Below are positions 28,847 to 38,379 of a stretch of 64,000 nt of DNA, one piece after another (positions within the stretch are counted from its first letter, which is position 1; every line of letters starts with the position of its first letter). Source of the DNA: Deltaproteobacteria bacterium (GTDB lineage Bacteria; Myxococcota_A; Polyangia; JAAYKL01); contig JAFGXQ010000082.1 of NCBI GenBank assembly GCA_016936575.1, positions 333 through 64,332 of the forward strand, written 5' to 3'. A program made the position numbers and the translations under genes. Below the pieces are notes generated by a model. It was not told the origin of the DNA and searched no databases. It was given only the letters and a program-made list of their open reading frames with translations.

Positions 28847-29338
28847 ATGAGTAAACAACTATGGGCACCGTGGCGTATGGATTATATCAAAGAACTTGAT
28901 ACTCCCGGTTGTGTGTTTTGTCAGGCCGCAGCAGCCGATGAAAATCAAAAATCGGAGTTTCGGATTCTGGCGAGAAGAGCCGATGAATTTGTTATTCTGA
29001 ACAAATACCCATACACCTTCGGTCATATTCTGATTTGCCCTGTATTGCATAAAAAGCGATTGGAGGATTTGTCGAAAGAAAATCAGCAAAGTCTGTTCGC
29101 GCTGGCGGTGGATGCCCAAGTGGCGCTCCAGAATGTGCTTCACCCACACGGGCTGAACTGGGGCATCAATATCGGCAAAGAAGCCGGTGCAGGGATTGAA
29201 ACGCATCTGCACATTCATATTGTTCCTCGTTGGGTCGGCGATACCAATTTCATGCCGGTCGTCGCGGATTGTCACATTATGCCCGGTCATCTGAATGAAC
29301 TGTATACGCAATTGCTGACGGAATTTGAGAAATTGTAG
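28847..29338 (+). CDS. HIT-family nucleotide hydrolase/phosphorylase
   Basis: Histidine triad HLHIHIVPRW. Confidence 0.85.
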   Translation: MSKQLWAPWRMDYIKELDTPGCVFCQAAAADENQKSEFRILARRADEFVILNKYPYTFGHILICPVLHKKRLEDLSKENQQSLFALAVDAQVALQNVLHPHGLNWGINIGKEAGAGIETHLHIHIVPRWVGDTNFMPVVADCHIMPGHLNELYTQLLTEFEKL

Positions 29339-29339
29339 T

Positions 29340-29744
29340 ATGTCTAAAAGAGCGAAAAACACTACGTCAAATATTTCGATGCCCAACCTCTTCCTGGTGA
29401 GTATCAGCGCCGTTGTACTGTGTATTTTTGTATTGTTTTTTATACTGGCGAATATCCACTGGGTTCCTTTATATGTGCCGAGCCTGCCATGGCACACACA
29501 TCCGTATTCAGCAGCGTTTGAAACACCGCTGATTGTGGTGGTATTGTTTTCAGTTGTGTTGGGCGCTGTGGGTATCGGATTTATGTTTTCATTTGTACAT
29601 AAACACAATGTTCACAAACAAACCGTTTTGAAGTCATACATTGTGCGGCTCGAAGCAGAGCTTGAAAAAACACAGCGATTGATCACGTCTACCAAACATG
29701 GAGGCGGACATTTACAGGGGGAAACAACCTGTGACGAAATTTAA
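29340..29744 (+). CDS. LapA-like (DUF1049-type) two-TM inner-membrane protein
   Basis: Two TM helices followed by a short coiled-coil (LKSYIVRLEAELEKTQRL). Architecture-level call only. Confidence 0.5.
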   Translation: MSKRAKNTTSNISMPNLFLVSISAVVLCIFVLFFILANIHWVPLYVPSLPWHTHPYSAAFETPLIVVVLFSVVLGAVGIGFMFSFVHKHNVHKQTVLKSYIVRLEAELEKTQRLITSTKHGGGHLQGETTCDEI

Positions 29745-30417
29745 TCATTATTCACATCGGTCTCGTATTATTTCATATTTGGTGCCCGGGTTTTTTTTAG
29801 TGTTCTGTTTGGCGTGTAATTCACCCATGCAGTCGCAAAAATATTTTGTCAAAGCAGTTGAAGACGACCCCATTTTGGAACCCATTCATCAAACAGCGCT
29901 GTATACCGTTTTTTTTGATCATGCCTTGCGTCGCTGCGTTCTTCATTCCTCATATACATGGGGAGAGAGTGGCGGCGGCACCGGCGGCACCGGTTTGGGA
30001 GTAACCATCTTCAACTGCAACCCGCAAGCATTGAAAGCGCACGTGGAAAACTTGAGGCAGCAAATCGATGAAGGTGTCGAGTATTTTGACTTGCCGATTC
30101 CCAAAGTCAGAAACTCATCCACTCCTGAAAGGATGCAGAGATCCGAAGCGCCTCAGACAATTTCGCCACAGCCCGCCGCCAGTCCATCGGAGCAGGCATC
30201 CCCGGCTACTTCCGTCGACGCCCCGAAACAGAAACAACCTGCAACAGAGTCGACATCCCCCGTGATGGAACCTGTTGCGCCGTTGACACCACCGACGCCC
30301 GAAAAGAGAGATAACACTGCGCTGCCTGCAGCGAAAACAAACTCTAGTAGCGCACCGGATAAGCCAAGTCAGGAAAGAAATTCCCCTCCCCTGTTGCAAC
30401 CGGTGTATCAACCGTAG
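29698..30417 (+). CDS. Proline-rich lipoprotein
   Basis: Lipobox FCLACN. Pro/Ser/Ala-rich C-terminal third. Start uncertain: the ATG at 29698 overlaps the upstream gene by 47 nt, and a GTG at 29731 is an alternative. Confidence 0.5.
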   Translation: MEADIYRGKQPVTKFNHYSHRSRIISYLVPGFFLVFCLACNSPMQSQKYFVKAVEDDPILEPIHQTALYTVFFDHALRRCVLHSSYTWGESGGGTGGTGLGVTIFNCNPQALKAHVENLRQQIDEGVEYFDLPIPKVRNSSTPERMQRSEAPQTISPQPAASPSEQASPATSVDAPKQKQPATESTSPVMEPVAPLTPPTPEKRDNTALPAAKTNSSSAPDKPSQERNSPPLLQPVYQP

Positions 30418-30429
30418 CGGAGAATAATA

Positions 30430-30837
30430 ATGACTGACGAAAAAAAAGAATCGACAGAAGAACAGAGCGAAAATTCAATTTTTGACAAAGTGCTAAAGGG
30501 AAAAGTGCGCCAGGTGGTCAACGAGCTGAAAATGCCGAAGGAAGCGCTCAATTACATTTTCAAACAAGTGGATGAAACCAAACACGCCGCAGTGAAAATT
30601 ATCGCCAGGGAAGTTCGAGAACTGCTTGAAAAAACAGATTTGGCGGAAGAAGCGACTAAAGTTTTGACCAGTTTGTCGTTCGAAATCACAACAAATGTCC
30701 GTTTTGTTCCGAATGAAGATGGAAAGAAAAAGCGTGTAAAATTCAAGCTCACCAGTAAATCTGACAATGCGGCAGAAGCCGCTCCCGATGAGAACAGCCC
30801 GAAAGATGTTTCTGTCGACAGCGTAGAAGAAAGTTGA
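30430..30837 (+). CDS. Acidic hypothetical protein
   Basis: 135-aa ORF, GGAG upstream. No motif recognised. Confidence 0.55.
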   Translation: MTDEKKESTEEQSENSIFDKVLKGKVRQVVNELKMPKEALNYIFKQVDETKHAAVKIIAREVRELLEKTDLAEEATKVLTSLSFEITTNVRFVPNEDGKKKRVKFKLTSKSDNAAEAAPDENSPKDVSVDSVEES

Positions 30838-30939
30838 TCTTTAAGCAAAAGTGACTATCTTCTTCCCGTCGGAGTGACGACGATGTTTCGAGATAAAAAT
30901 CATTCAAAAAAATATGCATTTTTCTTTTTGGTTTTTATT

Positions 30940-31481
30940 TGCGATGCGGCAAATCGGGGCGTTGCATCATCTTCTGGTTACGGAACATCAACTTTCTCAG
31001 GTTATCCTCTTACGACTCTACGAACCTGACTCAACCGTCGGGCATCAAGTCAATGACAATATGCGTAGTGCAATTTCGCGTCATTCTCGCAGCGCCGATA
31101 ACCGCTCTCATCCGCATTCCCACAAATGTGATTATTTATCCAGTCTGACTTGTGCAAGCAGTGTGACCCCCGCTGTTGTACTGCAATTGACAGAATTGCC
31201 GGCACCTGTTCGGAGTATACAATGAGTTGATACACGAACTTGAACTGTCTTCATTCCTCCACCTTCCGTATCGACAGTTGTCTGGTGGACAACGCCAACG
31301 TACCCTTATCGCCCGTGCGCTGTTTGTTGAACCTCAGCTTCTGCTGCTCGATGAACCCACTAGCGGTCTGGATACGGAATCAACTCAAATGCTGCTCGAC
31401 TCCCTTCGACGGCTTCATGAACATATGTCTGGGGCTCGTCGGGATTATCAGATATACCCGCGTTCTTCGCAATCAGCGTAA
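30940..31481 (+). pseudogene. Degraded ABC-exporter-type ATP-binding domain
   Basis: Intact signature and Walker B ([35 protein letters not shown]) in the 84-aa ORF at 31227-31481. An upstream fragment LRLYEPDS lies in another frame. There is no Walker A or transmembrane domain, and the C-terminus is truncated. Confidence 0.55.
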
Positions 31482-32665
31482 TTATTGAGATATCTGAAAT
31501 AGTACACCCACTTCATGGCGCTGTCGTCTTCAAACCGAAATTTGTATACTTTTCCTTCCGCTCTACACTCGAAAATGGTTTTCATTTGAAACACATAATC
31601 GTTCACTTTTTCAACAGAAAGTACAAATGGTTCTACGGCGTTATCTTCCGGGGCGAAAGAGAGATCCTTTTTTGTAAGCGTGAGGGTTCCTTTTGAAATG
31701 GTCGGGTATTCTCCCAAATCGGTTACATCACAATAATGAACCCCTGTATTGGCCGTCAATATATCTGTTGCATCAGCGTCTGAGATTTTATTTTTTACCT
31801 GTTGCTTATGCCACATCGACCAATCGTACAGATTACCGATTTCACTTGCATTGTCACTTCGCGGCGTTAGGCGAAAATGAGCATCCAGTGACCATGACGC
31901 ACTGCATTTTGTACATTGAACAGTGTCACCTTCTCCCTTGATATGGTCTTCCGTGCTGCATGATGGGCACATCCACATGAATCGATTGATACCCACCGTA
32001 GCGGGGGCGCCCGAAAACCGCGTATTGAGCATTTCGGTATTATTCAAATCGTTGTTTCCAATAAACTGAATCACCGCATCCCGAATATCGGCCTTGCTCA
32101 TATCGGCCAATTGATCAACTGATAGTATGTTACGATGAACAATAACCTTCCCCTGACGAAAACTTTCCGACCACCAAGGTTTGCTGATAAAATTTCCCGT
32201 AATACGCATCATCACCAACGGCAACTTTGACCTTTTAATAATACTCTCAATGCCACTGAATACAGGTTGCGTCTGCCCGTCCCAGGTGGTTTGACCTTCC
32301 GGAAAAATCAATACTGGGTACCCTTCCTTCAACGTTTTCAACGTATATTTCATGGCGGCAATGTCCGACTCCCCTTTCTTTTTGGGAAACGCTCCGATAT
32401 TTCGCAGATACCATTGCACAAACTTCGGTGCTTTGAACCCTTCTTCGTTCATCATAATGGACAAGGGATACGGGCTAAGATGTCCAATCAACCATGGGTC
32501 AAAGAATGTGCCGTGGTTCGAGACCATAATAAATGGGCGCTTGGGAATTTTCTGTTCTGTGTTTCTCACTTCCAATTTGAATTTCGGGCGAAGATACACA
32601 ACACAAAACAGCCTGCTGAACGTCCAGAAAAGCCAACGATGAAAATAAATGAGTTTCTTTTTCAT
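31448..32665 (-). CDS. PlsC-family lysophospholipid acyltransferase with C-terminal extension containing a zinc-ribbon
   Basis: HX4D block ([11 protein letters not shown]) and FPEGQTT block. C-terminal ~200 aa includes CPSC...CTKC. Confidence 0.8.
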   Translation of the reverse strand: MKKKLIYFHRWLFWTFSRLFCVVYLRPKFKLEVRNTEQKIPKRPFIMVSNHGTFFDPWLIGHLSPYPLSIMMNEEGFKAPKFVQWYLRNIGAFPKKKGESDIAAMKYTLKTLKEGYPVLIFPEGQTTWDGQTQPVFSGIESIIKRSKLPLVMMRITGNFISKPWWSESFRQGKVIVHRNILSVDQLADMSKADIRDAVIQFIGNNDLNNTEMLNTRFSGAPATVGINRFMWMCPSCSTEDHIKGEGDTVQCTKCSASWSLDAHFRLTPRSDNASEIGNLYDWSMWHKQQVKNKISDADATDILTANTGVHYCDVTDLGEYPTISKGTLTLTKKDLSFAPEDNAVEPFVLSVEKVNDYVFQMKTIFECRAEGKVYKFRFEDDSAMKWVYYFRYLNNYADCEERGYI

Positions 32666-32749
32666 AATGTTGTCCTGCGCTAGCGAATTTTTATTCGTAG
32701 CGAATAGTGAAAAACCATATTCTGTGTGCTTTCGATGAGAGAATTCACA

Positions 32750-33943
32750 TTAATCAAACAATGCATCGTATACCGCCTCCGTCCAAGTGCCAGATTGAAT
32801 ATCGAGAACTTTGTTTTTTCCACCGTCGTCCCATATCGCCCAACCGATGCCTCTTCGTTCCGCTTCGGTTCGAACCATTTTCAAAAAGATTGTGCGACTT
32901 CTGGAATCGGCGTAGTCAATCGCACCGAATTCTCCGAGATACACTCGATGGCCGGTTTCTTTCACGAACGCTGTAGCCCGGTCAAATTCCTCCCAAATCG
33001 TTTTGGGCCCGCTGGGGTTTGTATCGGCGGGCAGCGTGTTGTATTGAGTCAGCCATTCGTTCGCCCATTCGGCTGCTTTTGCCGCGCCGGTAATCGGCAC
33101 CGGCGTTTTGGGAGGGCCGGGAAAAATCACCTTTGCCACACGGTACTCCGGGTCCATCCACGGTGCGCCCTGATGGGTAAATAAAATGGGCTGGTACATA
33201 TGAAAGGTTGCAATGGTATTCGTGTCAAAAAATGAAACATCCATGTCATCCAACCACTCCGTGTTGGCCCAGAAGTAGCTATCGACAAACAACAGGCGAT
33301 TGGGGTTGCTGCGGCGCACCAACTCGTGCGCCTCCTTCATCAACGGGTTCAAAATTTCAATCTTCAGCTGGTCACATGGTTCATTCAGTAATTCAAACGC
33401 CACTGTTTCAGGACGATTCTGATATCTTTCGGCGATTTGTTTCCATAAAGTCAAATATCGTTCTTTATGTTGCTCGGGTGTCTTCATCAATTCTTCATAA
33501 TGGTGCACATCAAGAAGAACCCCTAGACCGTTTTTTTCGGCTTCGTCCAATCCCCAATCCACAATTTTAAAAAACGCCTCATCGATTACATAGGGTGCTT
33601 CGCTCTGCGCGTGAGCGCTGAACCGAACCGGAAAACGAACATGGTCAAATCCACCCTCTTTGGCATATTTAAAATGGAGCTCATCCAGCATCACGCCCCA
33701 TTCACCAATGGCCGGTGCATCCAACGCATTCCCCAGATTCAGGCCCTTTGTGAAGTGGGGAATCTCTTTGTTCTGAACCGCCACCTTGGGAGGCGAAAGC
33801 GTGATATTCAGCTGCGCATCAACAATGGCATTCGCCGATTCCGATGAATCTGGAGCGTGAACCGTTTCTTTTTTTTCTCCCGGCGGCATGATGCAGGAAG
33901 CGACAAGAAGTGCGACGACAAAAAGTAAAAATAGTAGTTTCAT
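32750..33943 (-). CDS. Glycoside hydrolase family 5 lipoprotein (cellulase/mannanase type)
   Basis: Lipobox LLVASC. ELLNEP acid/base motif and YLGEFGA nucleophile motif. Confidence 0.85.
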   Translation of the reverse strand: MKLLFLLFVVALLVASCIMPPGEKKETVHAPDSSESANAIVDAQLNITLSPPKVAVQNKEIPHFTKGLNLGNALDAPAIGEWGVMLDELHFKYAKEGGFDHVRFPVRFSAHAQSEAPYVIDEAFFKIVDWGLDEAEKNGLGVLLDVHHYEELMKTPEQHKERYLTLWKQIAERYQNRPETVAFELLNEPCDQLKIEILNPLMKEAHELVRRSNPNRLLFVDSYFWANTEWLDDMDVSFFDTNTIATFHMYQPILFTHQGAPWMDPEYRVAKVIFPGPPKTPVPITGAAKAAEWANEWLTQYNTLPADTNPSGPKTIWEEFDRATAFVKETGHRVYLGEFGAIDYADSRSRTIFLKMVRTEAERRGIGWAIWDDGGKNKVLDIQSGTWTEAVYDALFD

Positions 33944-33977
33944 TGATAAGCCTCAAATTCAGTATCGGCGAGTGTTT

Positions 33978-34379
33978 CTATTTGTACTCCAGCGCACCGT
34001 GGGGACAGAAGCGGGCACACGCCGGGTCCCCTCCGCACAAATCGCATTTTTCGGATTTTCCGGTTTGCAAATTGAAATGCATATGACCGAACGGACATGC
34101 GATTTCGCACAGCCCACAGCCAATACACCGATCGGCGTTTACCTCGATGGCGCCCGTTTCCACATTGCGAACCAGTGCGCCGGTATCACACGCTTTCATG
34201 CAGGCCGCCTCGACGCATTGCAGACATGTGGTTTGCACATGGGAGTCCGGTCCCGTGGTATGAATATGAATGCGACTGCGTGCGATAATCTCCCCCTTCC
34301 CCTTTACCATGGAGCATGCCAGTTTACAGGTGCCGCAGCCGGTGCATTTTGAGGGAATCACAACCAGGGTTTTTTCCAT
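33978..34379 (-). CDS. Polyferredoxin-type 4Fe-4S protein (HycB/DmsB-like)
   Basis: Four Cys-cluster motifs: CTGCGTCKLAC, CLQCVEAAC, CIGCGLCEIACP, CDLCGGDPACARFCP. The ATG at 34379 overlaps the upstream stop by 1 nt. Confidence 0.8.
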   Translation of the reverse strand: MEKTLVVIPSKCTGCGTCKLACSMVKGKGEIIARSRIHIHTTGPDSHVQTTCLQCVEAACMKACDTGALVRNVETGAIEVNADRCIGCGLCEIACPFGHMHFNLQTGKSEKCDLCGGDPACARFCPHGALEYK

Positions 34380-35131
34380 CACGAAACCCCCAATCCCGAA
34401 AACTTCGAAGCCAATTCTTTTCGTTTGCACTCCTGGCATTGCAGATAGTAATCTTCAGGCAATTCTCGATTGGCGATGGCCCATTCCCGATAGGCCACCG
34501 GAATCAGCGGTGCGCCGCACGATTCGCATTTCGCCCGTTCAAATTCTTTCCCCCAGATTACCCGCTTCGAGGGCATATCAATCATTTCAATAAAACCGGT
34601 GGGACAAATGGCGGCGCAACTGCCGCATCCCACACAGGCATCCGGAACGGTCAGGAACGGGGGTTGTATTGATTTCCCCTGTCCTCTTCCTACCGCCGAA
34701 ATGGCATTGCATCCCATCTTTTCGCAAGCGCGGGTACACAGATAGCAGAGAATGCACTCATTGGCGTCGGGCGATGTTGAGTAACTGGTTGACTCAACAC
34801 CGTTCTCTCTCGACAAATCAAGCAGCAGCTTGTTCTCCGGTGCACGCGCCAACAACAAATCAAGGGTGGTCTGTCTGGAACGGCGGACGGCTTCTGAATG
34901 CGTAAACACTTCAATATGTGGCGCAACCTTGTACTCGCAGGCGGTAACCAGCTTTCGCTCTCCGTTCGATGAGGTTTTCACCTCAACCACACAAAGCCGG
35001 CACGCACCCACGTTTTCGAGGGCGTCGTGATGACAAAGCGACGGAATAGAAATGCCGTTTCGCTTTGCCGCACTTAATATGGTATCCCATTTTTTGGCTT
35101 CGATCTGTTTTCCATCAATTCGAAGAATCAT
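34379..35131 (-). CDS. NuoG/HydA/FdhA N-terminal-like FeS protein ([2Fe-2S] plus [4Fe-4S] domains) lacking any catalytic domain
   Basis: 250 aa. MILRIDGKQIEA...SLCHHDALENVGACRLCVVEV [2Fe-2S] fold, then CILCYLCTRAC and CVGCGSCAAICP. Confidence 0.8.
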   Translation of the reverse strand: MILRIDGKQIEAKKWDTILSAAKRNGISIPSLCHHDALENVGACRLCVVEVKTSSNGERKLVTACEYKVAPHIEVFTHSEAVRRSRQTTLDLLLARAPENKLLLDLSRENGVESTSYSTSPDANECILCYLCTRACEKMGCNAISAVGRGQGKSIQPPFLTVPDACVGCGSCAAICPTGFIEMIDMPSKRVIWGKEFERAKCESCGAPLIPVAYREWAIANRELPEDYYLQCQECKRKELASKFSGLGVS

Positions 35132-35139
35132 TGTTTTCC

Positions 35140-37029
35140 TTATTTTGCAACCTGCACTGCGTCATCCGGACAAACCTGCCGACACGCGCCGCAGCGAATG
35201 CATCTTTGCTCATCAATCACATGCGTCTGATTGGCGGAGCCGGAAATAGCATCAACAGGGCATCCGCTTTTACAGCGCAGACAACCGGTGCATTTCGTTT
35301 CGTCGATGACAAAAGTGGTCAGTCCGGCACATACGCCCGCGCGGCAACGCTTCAGATTCACATGTTCTTCAAATTCATCTCTGAAATTGTTCAGCGCAGA
35401 GAGAATCGGGTTCGGCGCAGATTTGCCCAAACCGCATAACGCGCTTTTTTTCATTTCGCACGCCAGCAGTTCGATGTCATCGAGGGTACGCTTTGTCGCA
35501 ATACCTTTCGAAATACCGTTCAGCAATGTGTGCAGCTGATACAACCCTTCTCTGCAGGGCACGCATTTTCCACACGATTCGCCCAGCAGAAACCGAGTGA
35601 AATACCTGGCCACATCCACCATACACGAACGGTCATCCATTACGATCATTCCCCCAGACCCCATCATTGAACCGACTTGTGTGAGTTCATCGAAATCCAC
35701 CGGCAAATCAAGTTTTTCAGCGGGCAGACATCCGCCGGACGGGCCGCCGGTCTGAACAGCCTTAAACGGACGGTCATTCTGTATGCCGCCACCGATGGTG
35801 AAAATTACGTCCCGCAGCGTTGTTCCCATGGGAACTTCAACCAGCCCGGTGTGCTTGACACATCCTGCTAGACAAAACGCTTTCGTGCCTTTCGATTGCT
35901 CGGTTCCGAATTTTGAAAAGCGACTTCCCGATTCGCTCAGTATAAAAGGCACACAAGCGAATGTCTCAACGTTATTCAATACCGTAGGAAGGCCGAACAG
36001 GCCCTGCTCGGTCGACCGAATATATTTTGAAGTGGGTTCGCCTATCTTTCCTTCAATACTGCGCATCAAAGCCGACGATTCTCCACAGACAAACGCGCCG
36101 CCGCCGCGAACCAGTTCTATGTTGAAGCTGAAATCGCTGTCAAAAATATTGTCTCCGAGCAGCCCGGCCTCCCGGCACATAACAATCGCCTTTCGCAACC
36201 GGGACACCGCCACCGGATACTCGTTGCGCACGTAGATGTACCCCTGACTCGCGCCGATTGCGTAGGCGCCGATGATCATTCCTTCAAGAACCACAAACGG
36301 ATTGCCTTCCATCAGCGCACAATCCATAAAGGCTCCGGGGTCGCCCTCATCACCGTTACACACAATATAACACTCGTTGTCGCCAGCTTTCGACGCGTCC
36401 ACGCACGAACGCCACTTGCGCCCGGTCGGAAACCCACCACCGCCGCGACCTCGCAACCCACTGGCATCAACAATATCGATCACTTCTTCGGGCGATTTTT
36501 GAAATGCATTGAAAAGTGCGGTAAAACCGCCCAGATGCACATACGATGCGAGACTTTGCGGAAGCAACTCGCCACAATGTTTCAACGCGAGAAGTTCCTG
36601 ATGTGCATAAAATGGTATTTCCGATTTTTGTTTCAGCGGCGTACCGCCGGGATTGCTCCGATAATATAAGCGCGCCGGCATTGAAATCTCGCCACTCGCC
36701 GCGCGTATCACATCTGCTGCATCTTTGGGGCGAACCCCTACCAGAAGCTCTCCATTCATCGTTATCAGCGGACCGGCCTGACATAATCCTTGGCAGCCGG
36801 TCATACCGATAAACGTATTCGCGTCGGATTCCAGACACTTGTCAAAATCTATTTCAATTTTTCGCTGCTGCTCCCCGGCGGCCTGGATCAACGCATCCCG
36901 TAACACTTCGGCACCGGCCGCACGGCAACCGGCACCGCCGCATACTTTAATCTGAATTGATATATTCGCTTCCCGTTTGCGGACGTGTTCAGCCCACTGG
37001 GAGAGATCACTAGCCGTTCGAATACGCAT
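35140..37029 (-). CDS. NuoF-like NAD(P)H-binding FMN flavoprotein with fused NuoE-type [2Fe-2S] domain and C-terminal 2x[4Fe-4S] (HydB/BfuB-like)
   Basis: CGGAGC...CQGLC (NuoE-type). GRGGGGFPTGRKW and CNGDEGDPGAF (FMN/NADH site). ESCGKCVPCREG. C-terminal CTGCLRCKSGCP and CIRCGACRQVCP. Start uncertain (Met27 or Met34 of the ORF). Confidence 0.85.
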   Translation of the reverse strand: MRIRTASDLSQWAEHVRKREANISIQIKVCGGAGCRAAGAEVLRDALIQAAGEQQRKIEIDFDKCLESDANTFIGMTGCQGLCQAGPLITMNGELLVGVRPKDAADVIRAASGEISMPARLYYRSNPGGTPLKQKSEIPFYAHQELLALKHCGELLPQSLASYVHLGGFTALFNAFQKSPEEVIDIVDASGLRGRGGGGFPTGRKWRSCVDASKAGDNECYIVCNGDEGDPGAFMDCALMEGNPFVVLEGMIIGAYAIGASQGYIYVRNEYPVAVSRLRKAIVMCREAGLLGDNIFDSDFSFNIELVRGGGAFVCGESSALMRSIEGKIGEPTSKYIRSTEQGLFGLPTVLNNVETFACVPFILSESGSRFSKFGTEQSKGTKAFCLAGCVKHTGLVEVPMGTTLRDVIFTIGGGIQNDRPFKAVQTGGPSGGCLPAEKLDLPVDFDELTQVGSMMGSGGMIVMDDRSCMVDVARYFTRFLLGESCGKCVPCREGLYQLHTLLNGISKGIATKRTLDDIELLACEMKKSALCGLGKSAPNPILSALNNFRDEFEEHVNLKRCRAGVCAGLTTFVIDETKCTGCLRCKSGCPVDAISGSANQTHVIDEQRCIRCGACRQVCPDDAVQVAK

Positions 37030-37624
37030 ACGTGGAATCCCGTTCCTCATCTTCCAGTTCGAGCTCAACATCATTTTCGAGACGAAGCTTGGTACCTTCT
37101 TCATAACCGGCGGCAAATGCCGACACATTCAACGGAATAAACTTGGACTTCGATGTAAACGACTCCTGTATGACTTCGATCATATCTTCTTTGGTGACAA
37201 TTTTTGACAACCCGATGAATGCACCCAAAAGCACAAGATTTGTCGCCTTCACATTTCCGAGGCCCATGGCGATATCACCTGCCGGCAGGTACAGCACATG
37301 GCAATCGTCTCGTTCAAACGATTCTCTCACCAAGGTTGAATTTACCAGAACGAGCCCTCCCGTTTTCACTTTGGGGCCGAACTTGTGCAATGAGGGCGTA
37401 TTCATCACCACGAGTGAATTGGGGCGTTCAATATATGGCGACATCACGTCTCCATCGGATATACAAACGGTTACATTGGCAGTCCCTCCGCGCATTTCGG
37501 CTCCGTACGCGGGAAGCCACGACACCTGCCTCCCTTGCTTGATCATCGCCATCGCCAACAGTTTCCCGGCCATCAACATGCCGTGCCCCCCGAAACCGGC
37601 GAACAGAACGTCTGTTGTTTTCAT
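37010..37624 (-). CDS. 2-oxoacid:ferredoxin oxidoreductase gamma subunit
   Basis: FAGFGGHGMLMAGKLLA N-terminus is typical of the gamma subunit. 4-nt overlap with beta. Confidence 0.85.
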   Translation of the reverse strand: MKTTDVLFAGFGGHGMLMAGKLLAMAMIKQGRQVSWLPAYGAEMRGGTANVTVCISDGDVMSPYIERPNSLVVMNTPSLHKFGPKVKTGGLVLVNSTLVRESFERDDCHVLYLPAGDIAMGLGNVKATNLVLLGAFIGLSKIVTKEDMIEVIQESFTSKSKFIPLNVSAFAAGYEEGTKLRLENDVELELEDEERDSTYAYSNG

Positions 37625-38379
37625 CGACTGCCTCCCTCGTGTTTTTCTGGAATCTTGTGTTCACCCAAAGGATAATAAGGTAACATATTCGTTTTCATCC
37701 AGTTAAGAGAATCTACCGGAGACATCCCCCAATTGGTCGGACAAGTGGAAAGAAATTCCACAAAGCTGAAGCAAGTATTGGATACTTGGTATTCAAATGC
37801 CTTGCGTACAATCTGTTTGGCCTTAATGATCTCAGCAGGAGAATGCATGGACACGCGTGCAATATACCCCGGTGTCTGTAATTGAGACAATATCTCAGAC
37901 ATTTTCAACGGGAATCCATCTTCCGCCACATTGCGTCCACCAGGAGTGGTGGAGGTTCGCTGCCCCGGTATGGTGGTCGGCGCCATCTGCCCTCCGGTCA
38001 TCCCGTAGATGGCGTTGTTCACGAAAATACAGGTGATTTTTTCACCACGATTCGCCGCGTGAATGATTTCAGATGTTCCGATGGCCGCTAAATCGCCGTC
38101 CCCCTGATAACAGAAAACCACCAACTCCGGTCGACACCGCTTCGCTCCGGTAGCTACCGCGGGGGCTCGTCCGTGAGATGCCTGAAACATGTCGCAGCGG
38201 AAGTATTTATAGGTGAACACCGAACATCCGACCGGCGATATGCCGACCGCTCGTTCGCGAATGCCGAGTTCAATCAGCGTTTCGCCGACCAAACGATGGA
38301 TAATTCCGTGGGTGCACCCGGGGCAGTAATGCATGGGGTCGGTAATCATTCCTTCTGTGTGAGAAAAAATCTTTCTCAT
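37621..38379 (-). CDS. 2-oxoacid:ferredoxin oxidoreductase beta (TPP-binding) subunit
   Basis: YCPGCTHG and YQGDGDLAAIG TPP motifs. 4-nt overlaps on both sides. Confidence 0.9.
   Translation of the reverse strand: MRKIFSHTEGMITDPMHYCPGCTHGIIHRLVGETLIELGIRERAVGISPVGCSVFTYKYFRCDMFQASHGRAPAVATGAKRCRPELVVFCYQGDGDLAAIGTSEIIHAANRGEKITCIFVNNAIYGMTGGQMAPTTIPGQRTSTTPGGRNVAEDGFPLKMSEILSQLQTPGYIARVSMHSPAEIIKAKQIVRKAFEYQVSNTCFSFVEFLSTCPTNWGMSPVDSLNWMKTNMLPYYPLGEHKIPEKHEGGSR

Noticed and set aside
28859-29608. 249-aa minus-strand ORF opposite the HIT and LapA-like genes
   Set aside because: The plus strand encodes a canonical histidine triad. The antisense ORF spans two genes and lacks features.
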